Origin: Coleofasciculaceae cyanobacterium
GTDB taxonomy: Bacteria > Cyanobacteriota > Vampirovibrionia > Vampirovibrionales > Vampirovibrionaceae
Length of the DNA stretch: 64,000 bases
Direction: 5' to 3'
Assembly: GCA_036703295.1 (NCBI GenBank)
Contig: DATNPJ010000027.1
Coordinates: 32,838 to 96,837, forward strand
The position numbers were made by a program, and so were the translations under genes. The notes beneath the pieces were generated by a model, which did not search any database, had not been told where the DNA came from, and worked only from the letters and a program-made list of their open reading frames with translations. Shown in pieces: positions 55,498-64,000 of the stretch (position 1 is the first letter of the stretch; each line of letters opens with the position of its first letter).

Positions 55498-55527
55498 CTA
55501 GATGCCTGCAGTCGGGTTCGAATGCGA

Positions 55528-56139
55528 TTAGGCATTTTGGTCAAGGTGTGTGGAGATATGGCGGGACTTAATTCTGTCATAAGCGTCTTCTCTGGCTTGA
55601 GGAGACAAGGGAGCCTGGGTGTTTTTGCCCAATAACTCATCGGCGAAGCGTTTTACCTGGTTCCTGAAGAACTGGTTGATTTGTGCATTTGTGGATTCAG
55701 GAGATGAATCTTTTTCCCAAATCGGTACGTGGGGGTATTCCTTGTTCCAAGTTCTGCCAGGCGTCAAATTCTGCTTGCCACGGTATAAATCGGCTTCCAG
55801 CCGATACCAATCGCCCTGATCCCCTTCTCCTTTATTCCAGACCCCCATGGGGTGCGCTTTCACAACGATCCGGTCGGTTTTGTTGTTGCCGATCTTCCTT
55901 AGTGTTTTACGCCAGGAGGGGGACTGGAGCGAGGTGTCATTCAGTGCATTCTGAATAATCTTGTCCAGGGGGCTCGTGGTATTGCCATCCCCGACTTGAA
56001 CTTTCTTAAGTGAGTCATCAAGCACAATCTTTGCGCCGAACTGGGGCGGGTGAGCAGTGGGTCGGATCCTATTCATCGGTTCTTCCTTTCTTCTTTCAAT
56101 CAGACTTCTTAAAGCGCTGGGCGGCAAGGGCAACGTCAT
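55528..56139 (-). CDS. Hypothetical protein, tandem paralogue 2 (QFGAKI...GNNxTD family)
   Basis: 203 aa. Shares 'PPQFGAKIVLDDSLKKVQV...TS...ALND...SWRKTLRKIGNNKTD...YRLEADLYRGKQN' blocks with the upstream ORF. Confidence 0.45.
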   Translation of the reverse strand: MTLPLPPSALRSLIERRKEEPMNRIRPTAHPPQFGAKIVLDDSLKKVQVGDGNTTSPLDKIIQNALNDTSLQSPSWRKTLRKIGNNKTDRIVVKAHPMGVWNKGEGDQGDWYRLEADLYRGKQNLTPGRTWNKEYPHVPIWEKDSSPESTNAQINQFFRNQVKRFADELLGKNTQAPLSPQAREDAYDRIKSRHISTHLDQNA

Positions 56140-56581
56140 TCACCCAGGTTTGTATATTAGGTATTAGACTTGATCGTCTTAACGGTTCCAACGGCAGCAT
56201 TGTTCTCACCACATTGGCGTGATTCCAAGCTCCATGCCAGGAAGTCGTCTTGGCTGTTTGTTGATTACGCTTATATCGGGCTTCAACCGTATAAAAATTC
56301 TTTTTGTAGGGCTCGTCCCTAATGCTCAGCGCCACCGTATCCGTGTCATTGTTGCCGGCTGCTTCAATCAATGTCCGGGCGGACGGTTGTCCCTGCAACC
56401 CGTCGGGTTGCACCTTGGCCAACGCCCGATTCACCAAGTGGGCCACCGATGTGACACCTTCGTCTCGCGTGTAGACTTTTGCTTTAATGATTGATTGATC
56501 AAACTGAATCTTGGCGCCGAACTGGAGATTGGAAGGCATATTACGAACACCCGGCATTGGAGGACCCTCATTATCTTGCAT
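56096..56581 (-). CDS. Hypothetical protein, tandem paralogue 1 (QFGAKI...GNNxTD family)
   Basis: 161 aa. 'LQFGAKIQFDQSIIKAKVY...TS...ALAKV...SARTLIEAAGNNDTD...YTVEARYKRNQQ'. Overlaps paralogue 2 by 44 nt, so one of the two starts is probably internal. Confidence 0.45.
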   Translation of the reverse strand: MQDNEGPPMPGVRNMPSNLQFGAKIQFDQSIIKAKVYTRDEGVTSVAHLVNRALAKVQPDGLQGQPSARTLIEAAGNNDTDTVALSIRDEPYKKNFYTVEARYKRNQQTAKTTSWHGAWNHANVVRTMLPLEPLRRSSLIPNIQTWVNDVALAAQRFKKSD

Positions 56582-56637
56582 AGAAAAAACAAATAATTGA
56601 TTGATTTCATACTAAAAAAGCCGCTCAAGATCAAAAG

Positions 56638-57138
56638 TTGCGCATTACAAATCATCCCGCCAGGAGTGCCGGACAGGGGAATGGCATCCTAAAACGGACG
56701 GGGCTATGCTGGGGCATCCGGCATCGGCATGGAGAAAACTGGAGGGAGACGAGGATGAGTCTGAGTGTGAAGCAGCAAGGCGATTACCGGTTGTACGAGA
56801 CTCGGGATCGACGACGAAAGCTCCTGTTCCTGAGCGGTGTGACCTACGAGTGGCTGACAGCCGTGCGGGAAGACTTGCTGATGCTTAGTGGCGCCCACCC
56901 AACGGAGGACAGCCTGATTGGGCAAGGGCAATATTTGCTGCTGTGGCCCTACCAAGAGCCCGGCTGGGAGGATGGCGTTGATTACTTGGCGCTCTCCAAC
57001 TCCAAGGACTACTTCCACCTCTACAAGCTCCCCAACGGCTTGCCCACCGATCGCATCCAACAACGCCCCATCCTCAGCCTCCCCCGCATCGTCAGCTCGG
57101 CCACCTTCGCCGCAAAAGGCCTTTCCGGACTTATTTAA
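56638..57138 (+). CDS. Hypothetical protein
   Basis: Probable start at 'MSLSVKQQG' (about 56758), giving roughly 125 aa. No recognisable family. Confidence 0.3.
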   Translation: MRITNHPARSAGQGNGILKRTGLCWGIRHRHGENWRETRMSLSVKQQGDYRLYETRDRRRKLLFLSGVTYEWLTAVREDLLMLSGAHPTEDSLIGQGQYLLLWPYQEPGWEDGVDYLALSNSKDYFHLYKLPNGLPTDRIQQRPILSLPRIVSSATFAAKGLSGLI

Positions 57139-57186
57139 AGCGTCATGGCCGTTGGCACCTTCAGAGATCAATTGTGAAATGGGTTT

Positions 57187-57861
57187 GTGGTTAGATACCT
57201 ATGCACTTGGACGATTAATCTTGGAGTATTCCCCATGAAACTCAAATCTTCCACCTATACTTCTCCTAACTGCCCACTCCGTTACGGCCAAAGCAGACCG
57301 CAGACGATCCAGTTTGGCGGTCATGGGGACTCTTACGAGCCTACCTTGAAGCAAAAATACATTCCGGTAACGGTTGGAAAAGGGAAAAACAAGAAGACGG
57401 TTTTCTGCATGCCCAACAGCCCGTTTGGAAACCCCTGCGAAGACTGGTCCGAGGTGGCCAAAAGCGTCCAAAAGCAATTGGAAGCTTATCAGAACTTGAA
57501 AGACCCTACCCATAGCGTGGATATTCCGGAAAGCGAATTGGCGCGAGACGCTGAGGATAGCCATTCACCGAAAAATCTGTTTTTGGGTTGTGGTTTGGAA
57601 GCGGTCGTTCAAAACCAGCAAGCTACACTGATGGCGGGTCCCAACTTCCGAGCCCTCTATATTCCCGAAGAACATTGCATGTACATCGTGAACCGATATC
57701 ATGCCGAGAAGCCGGGTGATGGCGTCAAAGTTTTCCTGAACAAACAAAATGACCCCAACCGCTTTGAGCTGAAAAATTTATACCTCAACAACCCTTTTTT
57801 TAACGTGCATGACTATTTTGCGTGGCAGGTCTATTGCTGGGCAAATCATTTAGCGAAATAG
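57187..57861 (+). CDS. Hypothetical protein
   Basis: Probable start at 'MKLKSS' (about 57235). Contains 'QFGGHGDS', weakly reminiscent of the QFGAKI motif of the tandem paralogues. Cys-containing. No recognisable family. Confidence 0.35.
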   Translation: MVRYLCTWTINLGVFPMKLKSSTYTSPNCPLRYGQSRPQTIQFGGHGDSYEPTLKQKYIPVTVGKGKNKKTVFCMPNSPFGNPCEDWSEVAKSVQKQLEAYQNLKDPTHSVDIPESELARDAEDSHSPKNLFLGCGLEAVVQNQQATLMAGPNFRALYIPEEHCMYIVNRYHAEKPGDGVKVFLNKQNDPNRFELKNLYLNNPFFNVHDYFAWQVYCWANHLAK

Positions 57862-58602
57862 CACCCATGACGCCAGGGCGTTGTTGAACAGGTGGCCGAT
57901 GACGCCGGGAATGATGGATTGGGTGCGTTCCCGCCAGTAACCCAGCACCAGCCCCAAGAGCAGCACGTACACCAGCGCCTGGATCTTCTCGTAATAGGTG
58001 CCGTGGAATAGCAGGAACAGCAGGCACGTAAAGATGACCGAGCGCACGGGTGTGGAAATCTTGTGGAAGGTGGTCTGCACGAAGCCCCGGAAGACCACCT
58101 CTTCCAGCACCGGCGCCATCAAAATGGCAAAGAAGCTGATAATCCGCAGTTCGTTGGAGGTGTAGCTTTCATAGGGCCGTTCCGAAGCGCCACCGGTCCA
58201 TTTAATCCACAAACTCACCAACACCATCATCGTCAGCATCACCAGGATGACGTGGATGGCTTCCTTCAGGTAGTATCCCGGCGAGCGGCTGAAGTCCACC
58301 CCCAGCCAGGGCAGGATGTTGCTGCGGTATCGCCAGGCCAAAATGAAAAAAATGGCGACCCAACTGGCAAAAGTAGTAGCCTGCTGGATGAAAATTTCGT
58401 AGGTGGGTTCTAAAAAAGGCGCCGTCAGGGTCAGGATATTGGAAACCAGCAGCGGAACCAGGATATAACCTGAAAACAACCCGACTGCAACCGTGTACAT
58501 ATCCCAGGGAGGTAAGGGCGCCGAGGCTGCATGAGCCGGTTGTCCGCTCCCGATCTCTTCAGGCTCCTGAATATTCTGTGTACTCTCCACTTTTTGAAGC
58601 AT
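57850..58602 (-). CDS. CPBP family intramembrane metalloprotease (CAAX protease self-immunity type)
   Basis: 250 aa polytopic protein. Motifs 'EEVVFRGF', 'FHGTYY', 'GVIGHLFNN' are the three CPBP motifs. Confidence 0.75.
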   Translation of the reverse strand: MLQKVESTQNIQEPEEIGSGQPAHAASAPLPPWDMYTVAVGLFSGYILVPLLVSNILTLTAPFLEPTYEIFIQQATTFASWVAIFFILAWRYRSNILPWLGVDFSRSPGYYLKEAIHVILVMLTMMVLVSLWIKWTGGASERPYESYTSNELRIISFFAILMAPVLEEVVFRGFVQTTFHKISTPVRSVIFTCLLFLLFHGTYYEKIQALVYVLLLGLVLGYWRERTQSIIPGVIGHLFNNALASWVLFR

Positions 58603-60068
58603 CCTCCGACGGCAGCCTGTTGTATGCTAGTAGCAGTATGCTTGCGCCTTTGACTCAATCCAAGTTCAAGGAACTGCCGCTCAACAGGGCCATTATATCA
58701 GACATCGTGCTCTGGGTTTTGCTGGCGGCTATGCTGGCCTTTGGGATCAATCTCTTTGCCATCCGCCTGCCCGAGCGGAAAGGACAAACCATCACGCTCC
58801 AGTTCCAGGACGCCAACGAGATCAGTAAGGGGTCCTCGGTTCGCATGATGGGCATTGATGTCGGCTACGTCAAAGACGTGCGCATCCGCCAGGATCACGT
58901 GGAAATCACCGTGCAAACCTATCCGCGCGTGTTGACCATTCCATCAGGCTCCACGTTTACCGTGCTGTTTACGGGGCTGGCCGGTGCCAAAAGCATCGAA
59001 ATCGAACTCCCGGCAGCCTCACAACCCCCCATCCAGGGACAGCCGGTCTACCGGGTGGAAGAGCCTATCCGGATGAAAGACCTGCTGGCCGCAAATATCG
59101 AGATTACCCAGGCCTTGCAGCAAGGCGCGGAGAATGTCACCGACTTTTTCGGAAAACGAAAACCCGTGGAAGAGCTGCAATTCAACATCCACCAGGCCCA
59201 TCAATGGAGCGTGTCCAACCTGGTGTTCATCGATGACTTCAACCGGCAGGTTCGGCAATTGGAGAACGATGTGGCCGTCAGTATTCTGGGCGGTATTGAT
59301 ACCCTGGGAACATTCAGCCAAGGCTTCCGGCTTGCCACGGATAAAACCGCGCCGACCGGCATTCGGTCCCGGTTTACTGTGGCGGCGAACGGCATTCGTG
59401 CTCTGCGGAGCTTGTTGATTTCAGAAAGCGCCAACACCGCAAACACCGCCGCCTTGTACGGGCAGATCGCCAGCATCAACACTGCCAACAGTCAGCTGAG
59501 CAATTGGTTGAACCGGGCGGAAGACAGCGCAAGCCGGTTCCCGCTGCAACGGAATCTGGTGCAGTTTGAATCCGGCACCGGCAGCTTCCTGGCGTTTATG
59601 AGCCGGGCGGAGAGTGCCCTCGGCCAGGATCGTCTGCCCGCGCTCCGCCATGCCCGGCAGAACATTCAGGGCTTCAACCGGCGGCTCATGGCCTGGAACG
59701 GGAACCCCACCTCGTCCGAATCGAAAGGCCCGCCAAAGCCATCCCCAGGGCCATCCGACATCGGGATCGCGCGGTCAATGCCCGCCAATAATGCTGCCAC
59801 TACCGCCCATGCGCAGGCAACCTCCGCGTCAGCCGATACCCGACAACCCGATGAGGCTTCCGCCGAGGCGATTACCATTGTGGACCGGAACGGCCAGCCG
59901 GTGCAGACGTTGCGGCATCGCTGGTGGGCAGAAAAATCCATTCAAAAACAAGTGCAAGCCCCTGTTACTCCCGCTGAAGCCATCCCTGCCAGCCCGAAAA
60001 AGCCACCTTCCCCGCTGGCCCGGTTTTTCCAGACGGTTTGGGATGCGCTGGTTTCGCTATTCCAGTAG
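58578..60068 (+). CDS. MCE/MlaD-domain protein
   Basis: Likely start at 58638 ('MLAPLTQ...', single TM). MCE domain 'TITLQFQDANEISKGSSVRMMGIDVGYVKDVRI'. Long Ala/Gln/Pro-rich C-terminal region. Confidence 0.65.
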   Translation: MYSPLFEASSDGSLLYASSSMLAPLTQSKFKELPLNRAIISDIVLWVLLAAMLAFGINLFAIRLPERKGQTITLQFQDANEISKGSSVRMMGIDVGYVKDVRIRQDHVEITVQTYPRVLTIPSGSTFTVLFTGLAGAKSIEIELPAASQPPIQGQPVYRVEEPIRMKDLLAANIEITQALQQGAENVTDFFGKRKPVEELQFNIHQAHQWSVSNLVFIDDFNRQVRQLENDVAVSILGGIDTLGTFSQGFRLATDKTAPTGIRSRFTVAANGIRALRSLLISESANTANTAALYGQIASINTANSQLSNWLNRAEDSASRFPLQRNLVQFESGTGSFLAFMSRAESALGQDRLPALRHARQNIQGFNRRLMAWNGNPTSSESKGPPKPSPGPSDIGIARSMPANNAATTAHAQATSASADTRQPDEASAEAITIVDRNGQPVQTLRHRWWAEKSIQKQVQAPVTPAEAIPASPKKPPSPLARFFQTVWDALVSLFQ

Positions 60069-60488
60069 ATTATCCGGCGAGAGGTTTTCCGCTGCTTCCA
60101 TTTCCGGTACGGTGGCCAGCAGGGGCTCCATGCGGTGCCATAGTGCGTAGAGGCGCTCTCGATCGGTCAGGTACAGGGCGCCCATCAGGGCTTCAAATCC
60201 GGTGGCCTGCCGGTGGGCGGCCTGACCGGCGCGTCGCCCTGTGCTGACGGTGATGTTGCGTCCCTGCCGGATGATTTCCAGCTCGGCCTCGGTGAGATGG
60301 GGTTTGATCTGGTGCAGCAGCGCCACTTGCGCTTCCGCCCGCGCCCGCTGGGTGGTAAAGGCATGCAGATCCTTGGAGTGGCTGAGTCCTTGGCCCACGG
60401 CCATTTCTCGCAGCAGAATCTCAAAGACCGCATCGCCGAGGAAGGCGAGTGCGCGGGGGTGGGGGAGGTTCTGAAACCCTTCAGACAC
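60057..60488 (-). CDS. mrnC: Mini-ribonuclease III
   Basis: 143 aa. Single RNase III catalytic signature 'ALAFLGDAVFEILLRE' without a dsRBD. 8-nt overlap with the upstream cysS, as in the Bacillus cysS-mrnC arrangement. Confidence 0.75.
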   Translation of the reverse strand: MSEGFQNLPHPRALAFLGDAVFEILLREMAVGQGLSHSKDLHAFTTQRARAEAQVALLHQIKPHLTEAELEIIRQGRNITVSTGRRAGQAAHRQATGFEALMGALYLTDRERLYALWHRMEPLLATVPEMEAAENLSPDNLLE

Positions 60489-62127
60489 GAACGATTTCCA
60501 AGCCGTCTTTTTCCACGGTGGTGGTGCCGTCCTTGTTATCCAGGATTTGCAACCCGATATCCGTCAGGTGCTTGCGAATCGCATCCGCCTGCGTCCAGTT
60601 CTTAATCTCTTTGGCTTTTTTGCGGTATTCCACAATTTCCGCCAGCAACACTTCCGGCTCCTGGTCCTCTTCCAACCACTTCCCGCTCAGTTCTTTGTAG
60701 ATGGTTCGGATTTGTTCTTGAGGGAGATCAACTGATGCAAATAAAAATTGCCAATTAAATCCCAATATATAGAGCATTGTCATTATTTCTTGAAAGTAAA
60801 ATCTATGAACATCAAGATAATGATCTGTAAACCCACTCAACATCTTATTAAGGTTTGCTAAAGCCTGAGCAGTATCAAGGTCTTTTTCCAAGTTCAGCTC
60901 AAAGGCAAGTAAACATTGATATAGTATGTAATATTCGGGTCTCTTTAGAAGCTCTTCTTCAGAAGCAGTTGCAACTAATTCATCTCTTTCATCTTTTTTA
61001 CGATAAAGAGCTTGTTTATTTGGAATAATTAATTCATCAATTTCTTTTTCAGTTAATTTAAGATGAGAATTAATGCGTACCAGACGACTCTCTAACTTTT
61101 TCACCCAATTTGCCGCAGCCTGTAATGCTTCATCATTAAAATCAACCGGCATGCGATAGCCGTTGGTTAGCAGGAAATACCGGATCGTATTGGCGTCATA
61201 GCGTTCCAGGAGTTTTTTAATCGTGGAGAAATTGCCCAAACTCTTGGACATTTTTTCGCCGCTGACATTCACGAAACCGTTGTGCAGCCAGTATTTGGCA
61301 AAACGATGGTTGGCGCAGGAATCTTCCGGGCCGCCGGCTAAATTCTGCCAGGTCTCGGTTTGGGCGATTTCGTTTTCATGGTGCGGAAACACCAGGTCCG
61401 CGCCGCCCGCGTGGATGTCAATCTGTGGCCCTAAGATAGCGTAATTCATCGCGGAGCACTCAATGTGCCAGCCCGGACGGCCCCGGCCCCACGGCGATTC
61501 AAAGCAATAGCCCTGGCTTAGCTTCTCGTCCGTCTGCTCTTCCGGTGGGACCGACTTCCACAGGGCAAAGTCCAGCGGGTTTTCCTTGTTGGGGTCCACG
61601 TCCACCCGTGCGCCGCTTTTCAACTCATCCAACGGCTTCTTGCTCAGCTGGCCGTAGTTGCCATCCGCAGACACCCGGAAATACACCGTCCCGTCCGACG
61701 CCACATAGGCGGCGTTTTTGGCAATCAACCCCTGGATCACCTCAATCATGGTCCCGATATACTCGGTGGCCTTGGGCTCGCGGTCCGGTGACAGCACGTT
61801 TAGCGCCGCCATGTCGGCTTTAAAGCTTTCGTAATTGCGCTCGGCCACGTCTTTGGGAAGCTCTCCACGTTCTTTCGCCCGGTTTAAAATCTTGTCGTCC
61901 ACATCCGTCACGTTGCGCACGTAAGTCACGTCGTAGCCCAGGAATTTCAGGAAGCGATACAGCACATCCCAGGTGATATAACAGCGAGCGTGGCCCAGAT
62001 GGGCGTCATCGTACACCGTGGGGCCGCAGACGTACATCTTCACCTTACCGGGCGCCAGCGGGTTGAATTCCTCCAGCTTGCCGGTGAGCGTATTGAACAG
62101 TTGCAGCTTGGGTTGGGGTTCGGTCAT
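60481..62127 (-). CDS. cysS: Cysteinyl-tRNA synthetase with an in-frame AT-rich insertion (about 140 aa) in the C-terminal half
   Basis: '[19 protein letters not shown]' HIGH motif, 'KMSKS' present ('[10 protein letters not shown]'), Zn-binding Cys residues. 548 aa versus the usual about 465. The segment at about 60720-61140 is strikingly AT-rich and still in frame. Confidence 0.85.
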   Translation of the reverse strand: MTEPQPKLQLFNTLTGKLEEFNPLAPGKVKMYVCGPTVYDDAHLGHARCYITWDVLYRFLKFLGYDVTYVRNVTDVDDKILNRAKERGELPKDVAERNYESFKADMAALNVLSPDREPKATEYIGTMIEVIQGLIAKNAAYVASDGTVYFRVSADGNYGQLSKKPLDELKSGARVDVDPNKENPLDFALWKSVPPEEQTDEKLSQGYCFESPWGRGRPGWHIECSAMNYAILGPQIDIHAGGADLVFPHHENEIAQTETWQNLAGGPEDSCANHRFAKYWLHNGFVNVSGEKMSKSLGNFSTIKKLLERYDANTIRYFLLTNGYRMPVDFNDEALQAAANWVKKLESRLVRINSHLKLTEKEIDELIIPNKQALYRKKDERDELVATASEEELLKRPEYYILYQCLLAFELNLEKDLDTAQALANLNKMLSGFTDHYLDVHRFYFQEIMTMLYILGFNWQFLFASVDLPQEQIRTIYKELSGKWLEEDQEPEVLLAEIVEYRKKAKEIKNWTQADAIRKHLTDIGLQILDNKDGTTTVEKDGLEIVRV

Positions 62128-62132
62128 GCGCT

Positions 62133-62750
62133 TTAAACCTGCTTACTGACAGGGCTGTCCGCCGCCAGGAAGCGCTGCCCTTCGAACAATACCGGCAGTC
62201 CTCGGACTACGCAGAACGCCACGGAGATATAGGTGCAAATCAAGCCGACCAGCGTAATGGTGCCCCCAACGGATGGTGCAAAACCGGGTGTGTGCCCCAG
62301 AATCAGGAAGGCAAACGCGGCCGCCTTGGCGATGGCATAAGTGGTTCGGCTGAAGTTGGAGGCCACCAGCACCAGCCCGATGCGGCTCTGCTGCATGCTG
62401 CTCTGCCCGAAGGCGGTGTAGCCTTGCTCCAGCGCCATCGAGCGCAGCCCATCCACCACGATGCCCCGCACGATCACTACCAGCGGCACCCACAAGGGTA
62501 GCCAGCCCAGGGCCAGAAACGTCACCCAGTACACCTGCTCCACGATGCGATCGCCCAGAATGTCGATCACCGCGCCGGCCTTGGACGTTTCGTTGAACTT
62601 GCGGGCCACATACCCGTCCAGCGCGTCCATGGCAATCACCACGATGGTCAGCGCAAAGCACCACAGGTAGACCGTCTGTGTCTGGATAAACAACAAACCG
62701 ATGACCAGCAGGCCGAGCAGGGTTCGTACGAGGGAAACGAGATTCGCCAT
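62133..62750 (-). CDS. CDP-alcohol phosphatidyltransferase family protein
   Basis: 205 aa membrane protein with the 'DALDGYVARKFNETSKAGAVIDILGDRI' D-G-x2-A-R...G-x3-D-x3-D motif. Confidence 0.75.
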   Translation of the reverse strand: MANLVSLVRTLLGLLVIGLLFIQTQTVYLWCFALTIVVIAMDALDGYVARKFNETSKAGAVIDILGDRIVEQVYWVTFLALGWLPLWVPLVVIVRGIVVDGLRSMALEQGYTAFGQSSMQQSRIGLVLVASNFSRTTYAIAKAAAFAFLILGHTPGFAPSVGGTITLVGLICTYISVAFCVVRGLPVLFEGQRFLAADSPVSKQV

Positions 62751-62796
62751 AATGCGCCTATTCTATAACGGAGGCGCGGCCTTGGCTATCCGGCGC

Positions 62797-63423
62797 CTAG
62801 GCAAAGGCGATGGTTCTTTGAGTCGATGGGGGCTTGAAATCCACTTGAACGGCATCGAGGTGTATCTTCCCCGCCTGAGCGGCCTGCTTCAGCGCACTCA
62901 AATTCTTCTGATACTCGGGACCTTTCGCCCCATAAAATTCCTGATTATAGTCATCTGTTTTATCCACCCATTCTCCATTCTCAAACTGGAGAATATACCA
63001 GGGACGGAAGCCCGCCTTCTTTAAGGTGCCAGGCTCATCTTTCAGCCGAATATCCAGAAGGAGATTCTCATTACACGCATCAATATCCTGCTGCACGACT
63101 GCTTTTGCTTCCGGTTTCATCTTCTGATCCGATTGGATTGCGTCCCTCACCGTTTTACGAATCTCCTGGGGGGATGGCACATCTAATTGATCGAGTTTTT
63201 CTGTCAACGCCTTAATCTGCTGATTGTCTGAAGATACAGCGACCCCGCCGGGAGACGTAACAATCATGCCAGGCTGTTCTGACATGCCAGGCAGTGAAGA
63301 TTTGTGAGTATCCGGGACGCCATATTCAAACCCTCTGAGATACATGCTATTGGGGTATAGCCGCTCGTCCCGGCGAGTACGAGGCACGGTAAAAAGCCCG
63401 AATTGAAGTGGTCTGGCTTGCAT
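62797..63423 (-). CDS. Hypothetical protein
   Basis: 208 aa ORF upstream of, and co-oriented with, the phosphatidyltransferase and cysS genes. No recognisable family. Confidence 0.35.
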   Translation of the reverse strand: MQARPLQFGLFTVPRTRRDERLYPNSMYLRGFEYGVPDTHKSSLPGMSEQPGMIVTSPGGVAVSSDNQQIKALTEKLDQLDVPSPQEIRKTVRDAIQSDQKMKPEAKAVVQQDIDACNENLLLDIRLKDEPGTLKKAGFRPWYILQFENGEWVDKTDDYNQEFYGAKGPEYQKNLSALKQAAQAGKIHLDAVQVDFKPPSTQRTIAFA

Positions 63424-63588
63424 GGCTTTAAATTCCTTTCTTGGATGATGGACCCGCTTGATTAAAGCGCCTCAAACAAGAAAGTTGCTAGCTAAGCCGG
63501 GGATTTCATTCTCTTGAATGATTGTCCCAGCTGAATTAATAAACCCAAGAGTAGGAATTGCATAGCAAGGCCAGATATTCAGCCTGAA

Positions 63589-64000
63589 CTATGCTGTCAG
63601 GGCCGGGTGGACCAGTCGGTTGTAGAGTTTTTGGTAGACTTCCGCGCTGGAGCGCCAGCTGTGATTTTCTTGTATGCCGCGACGGATCAGCGCCTGCCAC
63701 TGATTCTGGTTGTGGTAGGTCTCCACGGCGGCCAGCACGGTTTCTTTCAGCATCTGGGCGCTGTATTCGTTAAAAATAAACCCATTCCCCCGCTCCGGCT
63801 CGTGGCGGATATCGAAAATGGTATCCCGCAAGCCGCCCACACTGCGCACCACCGGCACCGAGCCATAACGCAGGGCAATCATCTGCCCCAGTCCGCAGGG
63901 CTCAAAGGCACTGGGCATGACAAACATATCGGAGCCCGCGTAAATCTTCATGGCCAGCGCCGTGTTAAAGCCCACGTAGGTTCGCACCCGCGCGGTGGCA
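63589..64000 (-). CDS. glgA: Glycogen/starch synthase (GT5/GT1 C-terminal part, truncated by window edge)
   Basis: C-terminal block 'YAGSDMFVMPSAFEPCGLGQMIALRYGSVPVVRSVGGLRDT' is the GlgA signature. The ORF runs off the window at 64000. Confidence 0.7.
   Translation of the reverse strand, partial: ATARVRTYVGFNTALAMKIYAGSDMFVMPSAFEPCGLGQMIALRYGSVPVVRSVGGLRDTIFDIRHEPERGNGFIFNEYSAQMLKETVLAAVETYHNQNQWQALIRRGIQENHSWRSSAEVYQKLYNRLVHPALTA

Noticed and set aside
60720-61140. Intein or mobile-element insertion in cysS
   Set aside because: The insertion is in frame and about 140 aa. It lacks the intein N-terminal Cys/Ser block and the C-terminal HN motif. No transposase or terminal inverted repeats are present. 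Treated as an insertion domain or conversion patch.

Overview
The window is 64 kb of a moderately GC-rich (about 55-60% by eye) Gram-negative-type bacterial chromosome. Most long ORFs have shadow ORFs on the opposite strand, which is typical of GC-biased DNA, so calls rest on recognisable protein signatures and not on ORF length.

Flagellar genes sit in three separate blocks: flhB-flhA (71-3345, +), fliM-fliO-fliP-fliQ-fliR (24586-20563, -), and fliJ-fliK-flgD-flgE (about 50986-55409, +). No fliH, fliI or separate fliN is visible in the window.

Recognisable housekeeping and metabolic genes:
- a CDF-family metal transporter fused to CBS and CorC_HlyC domains
- thymidylate kinase (tmk)
- an R3H/AAA+ (Ycf45-like) ATPase
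- a 4Fe-4S protein
- tRNA-Thr(CGU)
- a two-subunit 2-oxoacid:ferredoxin oxidoreductase (korAB-like)
- class II B12-dependent ribonucleotide reductase (nrdJ) with a long 5' leader
- rpsT
- two family 9 (heptosyltransferase-type) glycosyltransferases
- a TPR protein
- lysA adjacent to the diadenylate cyclase gene cdaA
- a glycogen-debranching-type amylo-1,6-glucosidase
- a ferritin-like diiron protein
- a DEAD-box helicase next to a glycine-rich zinc-ribbon protein
- a lipoprotein
- a Spy/CpxP-like LTxxQ protein
- an ArnC-like GT2 glycosyltransferase next to a GT39/ArnT-like glycosyltransferase
- tRNA-Arg(CCU)
- a CPBP membrane protease, an MCE/MlaD protein, Mini-RNase III (mrnC) overlapping cysS, a CDP-alcohol phosphatidyltransferase, and the 3' part of glgA at the window edge.

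Features that nothing above explains:
- a divergently arranged quartet of domain-less bitopic proteins sharing a hydrophobic helix / basic cluster / Pro-Gln-rich tail architecture (28966-34266)
- an AT-rich 2.4 kb islet abutting the 3' end of tRNA-Arg that carries an ORFan and a pentapeptide-repeat protein
- a tandem paralogue pair plus two ORFans directly downstream of flgE
- an in-frame AT-rich insertion inside cysS
- a near-identical 20-nt motif at two places bracketing a four-gene envelope module
- a Gly/Phe-repeat secreted-type protein
- several small AT-rich ORFan islets.

Gene content and synteny (lysA-cdaA, cysS-mrnC, Ycf45-like ATPase, glycogen genes, flagella, LPS heptosyltransferases) would fit a non-photosynthetic cyanobacteria-related or other anaerobic Gram-negative lineage. 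That is inference only.
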